From Octopus sinensis (lineage: Eukaryota): a stretch of DNA of 64,000 nucleotides. The stretch covers positions 25,605,360 to 25,669,359 of the forward strand of contig NC_043019.1 in the NCBI RefSeq assembly GCF_006345805.1, given 5' to 3'. This document shows, one piece after another, positions 25,901 through 38,720 of this stretch. Below the pieces are notes generated by a model. It saw only the letters and a program-made list of their open reading frames with translations. It made no database searches and was not told where the DNA came from. A program made the position numbers and the translations under genes. Numbering within the stretch: the first letter of the stretch is position 1; the number at the start of each line of letters is the position of its first letter.

Positions 25901-26423
25901 TTTTATTATTATTTTTATGATTTGTATATATTTATTTCATCAGAAATGCATAACAACATCACGGCGGAATCAAGGTAAGCTTAAATAATGAACTACGATA
26001 TGGTGAGGGAATACGTGGATTAGTGGTTAGAGTGAAAGGCTCGCGTCCGTAAGGTCGTGAGCTCGATTCTCAGCGGCAAAAATTCAGCTCTCAAGTCTAG
26101 TGTACATACCGATATATTAACGCAAGAAATATACTGAGGGAGCGAAGTATATTTTCAAGATAGATCTTACCGGCTGTTCACGAAATAAACATATGCATGT
26201 GTGTGTGTGTGTGTGTGTGTTTGTATGTAAGTATGTATATATAAATCGTGTTGTGAAACACCACGAACGTAGGATATTCTCTCTCTGGACGTACACCGCA
26301 GTAGTTAGTTGCCTGTCAACGGTGTATATTCAATAAGTATGGTATATACATATTTTAACTAAATACTACTTCAACTATTATAGGCAGTAACACACACACA
26401 CACACACGTACATATATATATAT

Positions 26424-27584
26424 TGTTGTGAATGGTCAGGGTGACCTCTATGACCTACTTTGCTGGCTTGGAGACAGAAAGTCTGGAATGCAAAGTTATA
26501 ATCCTTTGTTTTGGGAAGAGTAATGGCTTTTGGAAGGACCCCTACCTTTTTGCCGGTCAAGGAAAGTTCGTTCTAAACACCCCTTAAAAGGAAGGGCTGA
26601 GAAAGACAGATTAAGGAATCTGGGAACTGTCATGAGAGAGTGACAGTGACAGCGTAGAGGAGGACAGACAGATGGTATTGCAGAGCTAGGAGAGAGAGAG
26701 TGACGGTGACAGCGTCGATGAGGACAGGCACATAGGACTAAGCGGCGATAGAGAGAGTATTAGAGCTGAGAGAGATTGGGGGTGGTGACAGAGCAAGAGG
26801 TTTTGGCAGTCGGTATTTGGAATTCGGGGCAAGCGGTTGGCAAGTTGGATTTAGCGGCCAGGATTTGGTATTCAGGGCAAGCAGGTTAGCAAGTTGGATT
26901 TAGCGGTGCTGAGAGAGATGAGGTACAATATGAGACATTGGCTATTATAGTAGGAACTAAGGTACGTGAATTGTGTATTGATATGTGAAGAAAAAGAAGG
27001 AAAGAGTTGTGGTATTTATGTAAAAAGAATCGATGTAAAGAGACAGTAAAAGAAATGAGACAGTGAAAAGAACAATGTGAACTGTGTAAAGACATTGTGT
27101 ACAGAGTTGTGTTAAGGCAAAAGAGAACTGTGTAATGAACATTGAACTGTTAGGTCTTTAATGTCCTTTGAACTGTAACTTTAATGTGATTAGACAACAG
27201 AACTGTTGTCTCCGGACGTGTACTCTTGAAATGCTGTTGTTATTGCATTTGATGTGTTGTTACCTGCATGTTTAAATGCTTTGATCTGTGGTATACCTGT
27301 ATGATGTATTGAGTTGTTGTTTAATTCGACGTGTCCTCTTTAAATGTATCTGATATGTATTTGATGTTGTAACAATTAATAGTCATATAAACTAGTACGT
27401 TAAATGTGAGCCAATTGCCTTCTTTGTGTCTCTCTCGGTTGCCTCTGTGTCTGCTTCTTGCTGCTGTTGTTGTTGTCGTTATCTCTCTCCTCTCCGAGTT
27501 TCCGTGGCGAACATTTTCTGATCGAACGGGCCTGTGTGAGGGATTCCGTAACAGCTTTCGTTCGACGGAGGTCCCCTCGTAACA
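26424..27584. mobile_element. Probable solo LTR (1161 bp)
   Basis: TGTTGTGA...TCGTAACA termini (TG..CA, imperfect inverted ends), ATAT on both sides, internal duplicated 35-46 bp units. Confidence 0.6.
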
Positions 27585-27599
27585 ATATATATATATATA

Positions 27600-27647
<48 letters not shown>

Positions 27648-27728
27648 GGATTGTATGTAGATATATGTATGTATCAAATCTGTATATATATCTGTGTGTG
27701 TGTGTGTATATATATATGTATATATATA

Positions 27729-27767
<39 letters not shown>

Positions 27768-28185
27768 ATATTGACAGTTTAATAATGTTGAACACGTTGG
27801 TTGTGAGTTTCAATAGATTATGTATATTGCATGTCCACACGCAAACACACTCACACACACGCAACTATATACCTGCACAATCAGCAACCATGCGTATATG
27901 TGTGCGACCGTATGTAAAGAGAGAGCGACGTGCTTGAGATGTAGACATACAACAGTTATATATACATATCAGATAAGGACTTTTTATCTTTATGTCGTTA
28001 ATGACGATTTTTAGTACATATTTCAGTCAACATTTATGGCAGACCGAATCCTTTTGTTTGTTTTCCTGCTTACTTACTGCCTACTCTATACATATACACG
28101 CATATGTGTGTGTGTCTGTACGTGCGTGTGTGTATATATATATTCTTTTATTTGTTTCAGTCATTTATATATATATAATATATAT

Positions 28186-28233
<48 letters not shown>

Positions 28234-28660
28234 AAAGGATGTGTTATAACCATATTCCTCATATACAAAAGCAGCCATACCAATCCAAGATACCTCCATC
28301 ATCAGCTGCCTCACGGAATCATTATGGTTTTGATACCAGGGCATTACCATTCAATCTGGCAGTGTCAACAGCACGAAAAGAAGTGTTGCATAGAACCAAA
28401 CATACAAAGAAACCACATGTATGCATGTGTGTATATATACATACACCCACACACACCATACATATACATATACACACACATATAGATATATATATATATA
28501 TATAATATTATATATATATATATATACGTTATTAAAAAGCTGCAAAGACATCACAAAATCTGTTACTCTGAGTTTCACGTTCCCCTTCGTCAGGCTGTTT
28601 TGGTTTATACGCACACACACACAGTTAGATAGATATATAGACAGACAGATATATATATAT

Positions 28661-28699
<39 letters not shown>

Positions 28700-28700
28700 T

Positions 28701-28766
<66 letters not shown>

Positions 28767-28767
<1 letters not shown>

Positions 28768-29324
28768 TGTTTCTTTATTAGCCACACAGAGCTGCACAAA
28801 GACAGGACAAATTACAAGGTAGAGCTTTTCTTTTGGGGATAAGAAAGGGGGTTTGGTTTTCGTTCAAAAGGGATCGTAAAAAGAAAGAAAGAGGAAAGCA
28901 AAAAAAGGAGGGGAATAAAAATAAAAAGAGAAAGAAAAAATCGATCAATAGGGATCGTTATCACAGAAATGTCAATATAAAGTGTAAAGAGGAGGACAGG
29001 TGAGGTCTACATGAAGTCACATGTTATATTTTTTTTACAAATAAGCAACTCTCTGTATTAATTTTTACGGTTCATGGGATCATAGTCAAGGTGGCTTCGT
29101 CATTCATACGTGCCATCTTTGCTACATTCACCCATTTTTTTAAAAACATTCGCTAGACATAACTTGCCTCTCTACACTCACTTTCCTTTTTCAAGTGATA
29201 CTTGAAGAAGTTGATGAGAGATTGACCAGAGAGGAAAGTGTTTGTCTCTAATCCTTTCAGGCGCGTCCTCCAGAGACATTCTTTCGCCATAGCCACAAGT
29301 ATGATAAAAATAGCTATTCCTTCT
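28767..29324 (-). mobile_element. L1/Tx1-clade retrotransposon 3' fragment, copy A, in (GATA)n
   Basis: Encodes GIAIFIILVAMAKECLWRTRLKGLETNTFLSGQSLINFFKYHLKK, homologous to the C-terminus of copy C; 3' end AATAAAGAAACAT|(ATCT)n. Confidence 0.88.
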
Positions 29325-29334
29325 AGATAGATAT

Positions 29335-29376
<42 letters not shown>

Positions 29377-29377
<1 letters not shown>

Positions 29378-30034
29378 TGTTTCTTTATTAGCCACACAGG
29401 GCTGCACACAGATAGAACAAATTACAAGGTAGAGCTTTTCTTTTGAAGGTTTAAAAAAAAAAATTAAAAAATAATAATAATAATAATAAAATAAAAATAA
29501 AATAAAATAAAAAGGGGGGTCGATCAAAAGGGATCGTAAAAGGAGAGAAAGAGGACAAAAAAGGGGGGGGGGTTAAAAAAAAGGGGGGAGGAAAAAAAAT
29601 TGATCAATAGGGATCGTTATCACAGAAATGTCAATATGAAGTGTAAAGGGGAGCAGGTGAGGTTTACCCGTGGAAAGAAAAGCCTACGGAAAAGACCACG
29701 GTAACCGGTCAATGAAGTCACATGTTATATTTCTTTTTTTTTTTTTTGCAAATAAGCAACTCCCTGTATTAATTTTTACGGTTCATAGAATCATAGTCAA
29801 GGTGGCTTCGTCATTCATACTGCTCATCCTTGCTACATTCACCCATCTTTTTTTAAAACATTCACTAGACAAAACTTGCCTCTCTACTCTCACTTTTTTC
29901 TTCAAGTGATACTTGAAGAAGTTGATGAGAGATTGACCAGAGAGGAAGTGTTTGTCTCTAATCCTTTCAGACGCGTCCACCAGATACATTCTTTCGCCAT
30001 AGCCACAAGTATGATAAAAATAGCTCTTCCTTCT
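29377..30034 (-). mobile_element. L1/Tx1-clade retrotransposon 3' fragment, copy B, in (GATA)n
   Basis: SGQSLINFFKYHLKKKVRVERQVLSSECFKKRWVNVARMSSMNDEATLTMIL*; same 3' end and same 5' breakpoint as copy A. Confidence 0.88.
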
Positions 30035-30060
30035 AAAATAGCTCTTCTATCTATCTATCT

Positions 30061-30130
<70 letters not shown>

Positions 30131-30132
<2 letters not shown>

Positions 30133-31551
30133 CTTTCTTTTATTAGCCACACAGGGCTGAATACAGAGGGGACAAATACAAATGCAGAGCTTTTCTTTTC
30201 GAGGGTGGAAAAAAATAAAAAATGTATGATTGCGATCAAAAGGGATCGAGAGGAGGAAAAAAAAGGAAAAAAAAAGAAAATCGTGTATCACAGAATATGG
30301 TGTAAACATTGATATAACAAGATTGGGTTCATCCGTGGGAAGAAAAGCCTACAGAAAGGACCACGGGAACCCCAGTCAGGGAGGAAATAACACATGAGGT
30401 CAAAAATGCTCTCTTTCTTTTTTCCGATCTACAGGATCATGCTCAAAATGGTTTCGTTACTAGCACGCACCATCTTTGCAACATTCACCCATCTTTTTTT
30501 TATCTTTCGCGAGACAAAACTTCCCTCTCCATTCTCACCTTCCTTTTCAAGTGGTACTTGAAAAAGTTGATGAGCGATTGGCCAGAGAGGTAAGTATTTG
30601 TCTCTAATCCTTTCGCTCGAGTCCACCACACACATTCTTTCACCATGGCCACCAGTACGATGAAAACTGCCTTGCCTTCCCGGTTGAGGGAAGGGGGCGG
30701 AGCAATTCTCACGATAGACTCGGCCGATAGGCGGATTCGTCCCACACGTGACAGCAGCCGTTCGGCTAAGCCCACAGGTCGGAAATGGTTGGACATTGCA
30801 CGAGTGCGTGCAGAACGGTTTCGTCGCTCTGACCGCATCTCGGGCAAGTCGGTCCAGTGTGTCTGGAACCGTGTCTGTAGAGCTTATCCCGAACAGGTAA
30901 TGCTTCTCGATAGCACTGCCAGGCCAGGATCTTTGGTGATTGTTCATAGGTCCCGGCCCGAAAGTTGTCCTGAACAGGCGGGTCAGGTGTTCCTCGTCGA
31001 CGCCCAGACTCTGCCCGAGTTCGTCGTCGCACCTCCCCTCCACTAATCCTCTATAGAATGCCTTTGTTGTGATGGAGTCGCACAAGTTCGATCCCGGACG
31101 GCAGAGTTGCTTGAGAGCAACGCGACACTCGCGGTGCCATTCGCCTAGCCTCGGTCTCTGCTTGATCCATGACTGTAGTTCGTCCAAGGAGACGAGCTGC
31201 GGGAAAGCGCGCCGCACAAAAGGCGACCACCCCTGTTCACCGTTGTCTATGAAGCGCCGGAGATGTCGCAGTCTCAGCGCATGTCTGCCATCATCAACCA
31301 CGGCATGCCCATCCCTCCATTTAGCGGGTTTGGCAGCAAATGGATCGCCTAACCATCGGAACGTTTCCTTCCACAAGAAGCGGAGAGTATGCGTTCCAGT
31401 TTGGTGATGGTAGGGTCGGGACAAGCACGACGGTCAGACGATACTCGATGACGGATGCGATGTACGCGTTCGCCACCTCCGCCCGACCTTTTAGGGATAG
31501 CTTTCTCTCAGTCCATTTCTGGGTGAGAGTAGCCACCCTAGTCGTTATCTC
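30131..31551 (-). mobile_element. L1/Tx1-clade retrotransposon, 5'-truncated ORF2 (post-RT region and CCHC zinc knuckle) plus 3'UTR, copy C, in (GATA)n
   Basis: WTERKLSLKGRAEVANAYIASVIEYRLTVV and AWQCYREALPVRDKLYRHG..CPRCGQSDETVLHALVQCP motifs across frameshifts; both junctions are directly into (ATCT)n. Confidence 0.92.
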
Positions 31552-31639
<88 letters not shown>

Positions 31640-32867
31640 GCTATTTAACGTACAAATGCCTTACAATGAGTTCAGATCATAAAACAACTACCAATGTTAA
31701 AACAACAGTTACACTGGACGAAGTGAAAATAGAATTAAACCCTAACATACGTCTCTTTAGATGCAGCGATAAGATCTGCTCCAGCTCTTTATCACAATAT
31801 TTCTGGAATTTGAAAGACGATATATTTTAAATAATATATTTGTGAACCGATGCATTAATAAGATGATGTTACACTTTTCTGACGTACCTGAATAGCAATT
31901 TATGCATATCAGAGAAGTATTACATTGTAGTCTAACCCTTGAAAATCCTGTATTAAAATCTTAATGTAATTTCTGTGTTTAAGTATATCAACAAATATCT
32001 TGTGAAAATATTTCCCCGGCGATTCATTAAACTATCTGCGCTATCATCTACACAATTTACCATATTAATTCTCCTCTATATTATATTCATTTTCGCCGTT
32101 GGCCACTTAATAGAAGTATCTCCGTCACTCTGTATGAGTGATAACCGAAACTTTCATACAAAGTCTGGCTTCATACAGATTTACGAAACCATGCCCCTAC
32201 TTAATGTTACGGTAAACTTTATCACCGAGCCATTAACGACCAACGAGTATGAAATTATTGCACACGTCTAGCGTCGACTTAATAGTTGAATTCTCCAACG
32301 AAGGTTTTCGCTCCTTTTCATCTATATTTTCTTCTGTACACGCGCAGCAAGAAAATGTGAGCATAGATGAAGTAACCCTTTAACTTCGAACAACGAAAAA
32401 AAGATATTGCATATGTATGATTGTATAAATGTATTGTGCGATATAAATCAACAAATAAAGAGAGAATTCTTTACAGATAGTAAGTGAAATATTTCCATAT
32501 TAATGACCACAACACAACCATTCACGTACAGTACTCTCACCAGTTTCATGCAAGAAGTAGTCCTTAAGAGGGAGTATAGGAAAACATCTTAGATTCCTTG
32601 GTTTATTTCAATAACCAATGAATTATTCATGATGGCTACTTTGTGAAGTCTCGTGTGATATGAGAAAGTCTGAGAATAAATGAGAACAAGCTCATTTTAC
32701 AATAAAGAAGAAACGGAAAGCCCAGAGGCCGTAGCTCTGTAAATTACTTTCCAAAAACTATTTTCTTTGTATTATGTATGACAATAGAATAAATAAGGAA
32801 TATGGACATGAGGAATATTCCATCTAAAAGAAATGGTCAAAATGTAGAATTGCAATAACGAAACTCT

Positions 32868-33031
32868 GCATACATACATACATACATACATACATACATA
32901 CATACATACATACATACATACATACATACATACATACTTACATACATACATACTTACATACATACATACAGACATGTATGCATGTATGAATTATTCATAT
33001 ATATATATATATATATATATATGCATACATA

Positions 33032-33079
<48 letters not shown>

Positions 33080-34351
33080 CACATATGTTCATTATACATA
33101 CATATATGTACAACATAACGATTATGTTGCCTGGTCTTCAAGTTTTTCTTATCGACTTCATCGACTATTAGTTAACACACACATACACATACATGCACAC
33201 ACTCATACACGCACATTTTGTCAATGTGTGAGCGCCTGTGAGTGTGGTGTGTGTATATGTGTGTGCACCTATGCATGTATGTATTTATACATGTATGTAT
33301 GCATGTGTGTGTGTATGTATGTATGCATGTATGTATGTATGTATGTATGTATGTATGTATGTATGTATGTATGTATGTATGCATTCATATACGTGGGTGT
33401 GTATGTGTGTGTGAGCGTGTGTGTACGTGTGTTTGTACTTCCAATATGTCTGCTATGGTATTCTTTCGAAAAGATGATGAAAAATCGAAGTCTCTTTTTC
33501 TATTATCGAGTAAAAAACAGCCAACGCTTGTGCTACATGTTTCTTGTCTCATTTGGCGTGTGTCTATGTGAACACATGTGTGTATATTCGTGTGTATGCA
33601 TGTTTACTTATGTGTGAATGTGCGAGTGCGTATGTGTGTCCGCATGTATACAAATGTGTGTACGTCACGTGTGCAAGTATCTGTGCTTGTGTATGTATGT
33701 GTGTATACCTGTGTGTATATGTGTAAGTGTGTGTATGCCATATGAGAATGCATATGTACATACATATGCATGTCTGTGTATGTGTGCGTTACATGTTGGT
33801 TTACATATATATGCATGTGTGTGTACATGTGCGTGCTTGTACGTATGTGTGTATGCACGTGTATATATGTGATATATGTATGTGTGTACATGTGTGTATA
33901 CGTCTGTGTGAAGGTACAAATGTGAATCGGTGTGCGCGTGTGTATGTGTGTGTGTGTATGTGTTTGTGTGTATGTGTTTGTGTGTATGTATGTGTTTGTG
34001 TGTATGTGTTTGTGTGTGTGTTTGTGTTTTGTGTGTGTATGTGTGTTTGTGTGTGTGTGCGTGCGTGTGAATCATGTGATTAGTGTTGAAGGTAATTATG
34101 AAAGAGACAAAATATCAGGAATGAGATCGAGGACTTATGGCGGAGGGTGTAAGGACGGAAAGGGCGCTCAGAGAGGGGGTAGGGGTATGTGTAAGGCTGT
34201 AGGTGTATGTGTGTGTGATTGTGCGTATGTATGTGTCTGTGTATGTATGTGTATGTGTAATACAATTGGAGTAAACGGAGAAAGAGGGGAAGTGGTAATT
34301 TAGTGTCTTTAGGTTTGGATGTGTTTGTGTCTTTGTGTGTGTGTGTGTGCT

Positions 34352-34414
<63 letters not shown>

Positions 34415-34420
34415 TTGTGT
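32868..34420. repeat. Compound (CATA)n/(TA)n/(CA)n/(TG)n degenerate microsatellite region
   Basis: Direct reading; includes short unique spacers. Confidence 0.85.
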
Positions 34421-34676
34421 TTTGTTGTTTGTTTGTTGCATGTGGTTTTGTCAGAATGCAATTTCTTCAGAATTGTCTCTCGATAATAGAAATAAAGATT
34501 ATTTATTTATATTATTGAAAGTGTGAAAGTCGACAGAATAGTCAAATTATACAAAGTTGGATTAATGATGCAGACAAAGAGGGAGGCAGGGAGACAGATA
34601 AATGAATAGATGGATAAGCAGATAGATAGAGGCATAGAAATATAGAGACACACACATGCACGCACGCACACGTGTA

Positions 34677-34800
34677 CTTAGCGTTATTTCGTCTGCTGTT
34701 ACGTTCTGAGTTCAAATTCCGCCAGGTCGACTTTGCCTTTCATCGTTTCGGGATCGATTAAATAAGTACCTGTTACGCACTGGGGTCGATGGAATCGAAT
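34677..34800 (+). mobile_element. SINE family M, 5'-truncated
   Basis: tatttcgtctgctgttacgttctgagttcaaattccgccaggtcgactttgcc. Confidence 0.85.
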
Positions 34801-35039
34801 CAGACTATTTGATTTCTCTCCATGTTGGATGTTAATATCCAGTCTATGACTTCAAAAAAGGGACAAAGGTCCTTTACCAGCCATAGGCTCGTAGGACCGA
34901 TTTCCCGGATTCTGCGCCGTATGTAGTTGCCACTTGGACAGGACGCCGGTCCATCGCGAGAAGTCAATGTTTTAAGCGGTGATAAATGCTTAACCCGGTA
35001 TTCTGTCGTCTTTCTTGAAGATTTAAGCTTGCACTCTTG

Positions 35040-35445
35040 TACTTAATTATTCAGTATGGGCGGGTTCCAACCCGGGCCGCAGCAACAAGGTCTACCTGCT
35101 ATACTTCACGGTCTAGCATCACTGCCTTGTGGCTCTGGATACATTTCAGGCCAGAGTCTGCAATCAAGTTGTCGGTGTAAGAGTGACGGCATTTTCCTCT
35201 GCTTACATCATCATGAAATGGGTTCCGCAAGACTGAGTTGGCTGCTTCCACTATAGAGTGTTGCACTCAGTAACCAGATATTTGCAGCCGTTTTTGCCTG
35301 ATTTTCTCGTTAATTTTCAGTAGGTTTCCATAAAGGTACTGATTCGTGATATGTTACTACCATTTCGCATTTAGGGCTATTCGTAGCATCCTTGTATAAC
35401 GTCCATTTAGCCCGTTGGATAATTTCTTTGTCATTGTCCCTATAA
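35040..35445 (-). mobile_element. RTE-clade (RTE-X-like) LINE 3' end, decayed
   Basis: TMTKKLSNGLNGRYTRMLRIALNAKW**HITNQYLYGNL..IRQKRLQISGY..RG..YTDNLIADSGL..MLDREV matches RTE ORF C-terminal pattern. Confidence 0.8.
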
Positions 35446-36549
35446 GTCTAAATTTAGTTTGATATATCATACGTGAAAGCCTCTATATCAGATTTATGGA
35501 GCCATTCCATTCTCCCACGTTCCCATTTGAAACCATTCAGTTAGACCTGAAAATCCAAGCAGTAATTTAATATAATTACTTCTAACAACCCCTAAAGCAT
35601 ACAACAATTTTTGTCAAACGTAATGCTTGTCTTGTAAGTTTAATCGTGAGTAAAAATGTGTATGAATTGATGGTAGTATCGATGACGTAATAGTCACACC
35701 TTCATTACATCCTTCTGCCATTTTAAATCAATATTATGTGGTGGTTCTGCAATGGTTAATACTAATAACAGCTGATGTTGAAAGTTTTTTGATGAAAAAC
35801 GGACAGATAATTAGGATTTTTCCCCATTCAAGTAAAGAGAATCCCTCTCTTTATTTCTCTCCCTCTTTCTCTCTCTCACTTTTTATTCATTTATCTATCT
35901 ATCTATCTGTGTACGCATGGGCGTATGTGTGTGGGTGTGTGTGTGTATGTGTGACTCATTTGTAAATGTTCAGTTACAATTTATGGGAATTATTTTTCTT
36001 GAACGTCAAGAGTTGCTCAAGTATAAAAAATAAGAAAAACTGAAAGGAGCTCTTTACATGCAAAGAATTTACATGTAAAGAGCTACCAATTCTCAAAAGA
36101 GATATTAATGAACGGCAGCAAGTTATGAAGTGTGTGAGATAATTGTATAAAATGGGAAACTACAGACCGAAGGCGGGTTTGTTAAACAGTGTTCATAAAT
36201 GCAGCAGGACGAATTTTTAACAGTAAGGTTTTTTTCTTCTTTTGGTAGGGATAATAAAAATTTATCAAAAGGGACAATTTCTGCTTGTTTAAATGATGAC
36301 TAACAATATCGAAGTCAACCTGAAACAAATAACATCAAAATTTCCGTTTAATTTAATAACTGGTAGTGAGACAAGAGTTTGTTAAGTCTGTACCTGAGAT
36401 AAATGGCTTACGTCACGGTACGAATACATTTCCGTGATTTTAAATCGATACATTGGACTACACAAGCTGAAGAACTCTTACCTGCGGTTAACTTAACACT
36501 AATTGATTTCACGCTACACTTCGAACTCCTTAACGATATATTTAACATT

Positions 36550-36785
36550 GGTAAGGCAGCGAGTCGACAGAATCATTAGCATACCGGACAAAATGTTTAG
36601 AGGCATCTCGTTCGTCTTTACGTTCTGAGTTCAAACGTCGCCGGGGTCGACTTTGCCTTTCATCCTTTCGAGATCGATAAAATAGGTACCAGTTGAACAC
36701 TGGGGTCGATGTAATCAACTTAACCCTTTCTCTGAAACTACTGAGCTTGTACCAAAATTTGAAACCGATATATACCAGCTATGAT
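36550..36785 (+). mobile_element. SINE family M
   Basis: Head and body motifs; 103 bp identical to the 42367 copy. Confidence 0.9.
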
Positions 36786-38548
36786 AAGCTACTAAAATGG
36801 CCTTGTTCGTTGCTTTACTCAATTAAATAATTAGAGACTGGACCCAGTAACTAGATTTTAAAACTTTATTAATACCACAGTCTTAATTGACAACATAGTT
36901 TCTAGACATTCTGTGTGAATAGGCAGTGTGATGGAAGTGAGAAGAAAATGGAAGGACTATCCTAAAAATATGGGATTGGATAACAGATAATTTAAAGAGG
37001 TTTTCAGGGATGCCAGCGCTGAATAAAATGATGTATTACACCGACCAGGCAAAAGATGTTTGTCCTCAAAAAACTCTGTGGATTAATATTTGAAATAAAA
37101 GTTCGTAATTGTTACAGCTAATTCTATTCTGGGAATAAGAAAATCAAACACGTTTCTAGGGTTTGGCATGGTTGGCGATATCACTAGCAACATAATGAAA
37201 AAATTATAAAAGACGAATCGTTTCTTACCAATATAAGTGACTTTAATTTAATGCTGTATGTCTCCTTATTGTGCATGGTAAAACTGCAGGATACATAATC
37301 CAACTCTGAAACAACAGAAAACCAGAAGAGATGGTTAGATAAACTTCAAAACGTTTCAGTGATTGAAATTAGTTTCAAATGAGATTTCGAGATTTACAAA
37401 ATTATCAACACAAGCTACAAAATAAAAAAGTGTGGTGTGATTTTTGATGTTACCAAATGAACTCCTGCTTGTTTTAATTCTCGAATAATTAGAGAATTTT
37501 ATATCCAAATTTCATAGTTTGTGTATTTTAGAATTTATGAATGCTAAATAAATAATGAAAGATGTCAATTTTTTAGTAATCAAGCAGTGAAGGACTTCAT
37601 CATTATTTTTATAACGATCAATTTTTCTCGATATTCAATTAATCCAAGCAACCCTTGAGGACAAGACTTAATGGTGATAATCTTGTAAACTAATTAAGAA
37701 TTGTCGCCTCATCAATCACGCCCAACAACTCTGAACTTTCCACAACAATGGAGAATCAGCTTTCTCATTAAGATACAAGGTCAGTTATGATTTCAAGAGA
37801 TTTCAAACATTATGTACTGCGATCTCCTTGGAATTTCAGTATTTAAAATTTAACTGTTCTATCTAATCAATGAAATAATTTCGATACCTTAATTTCTGTC
37901 GAGTGTAATCCGGTGCATACACATGAATTTGCATTAAACGCATTGTTTTTCTCAGTTAAATTCGGGCCTCATATGGCTGGAATTCGAACGTGTTACTAAG
38001 CTTTCGCTGGCCCCTGCTCTATAGGATCACCCGAACTGTCAGAAATAGCAACAATATCGACTTCAACTTACACATCAGCCGTGAAACAGATAGGACTTTT
38101 TGTGAATATATAGTCCATGATACACTATGTCTGAGAAACAGAGATAGAATGGTCACAGTTGAGAAGCCTTCTGTCGTAGATATGACGTGTAACTGAACAA
38201 TAACAACATCAAACTACAATAAAGAAAAACGAGATTTTCTCGGCTGGAAAGTCTTTGATCATCTGTACGTCACGATGAGAACTGACCCAAAGCTAAGCAA
38301 CGAGAACAAACATCATTCTGGGTTTTGCAATAGTTTTCGAGTCGGTAATTGCAACAGGGGTCGCATGGTCAAGTTACTTGGTCTTCATACGACAGAATTT
38401 CAAATTTTCTGTTGTCATTTCCTCGTGTTTCAGAGCAGACCACTTAATTCTACATTTCAACTGTTCCACCCGACCCCACCTCATGTGACTGTGCAGCGGA
38501 AACGAGAGAGAGTGAAACATGTTCACCATCATCATCATCGTCATCGTT

Positions 38549-38692
<144 letters not shown>

Positions 38693-38720
38693 GTTGTTGT
38701 TATTGTTGTTATTGTTATTA

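Noticed and set aside
31975-32271. 98-aa non-repetitive ORF with possible splice sites
   Set aside because: Weak acceptor, TTG/GTG-type start, no recognisable domain
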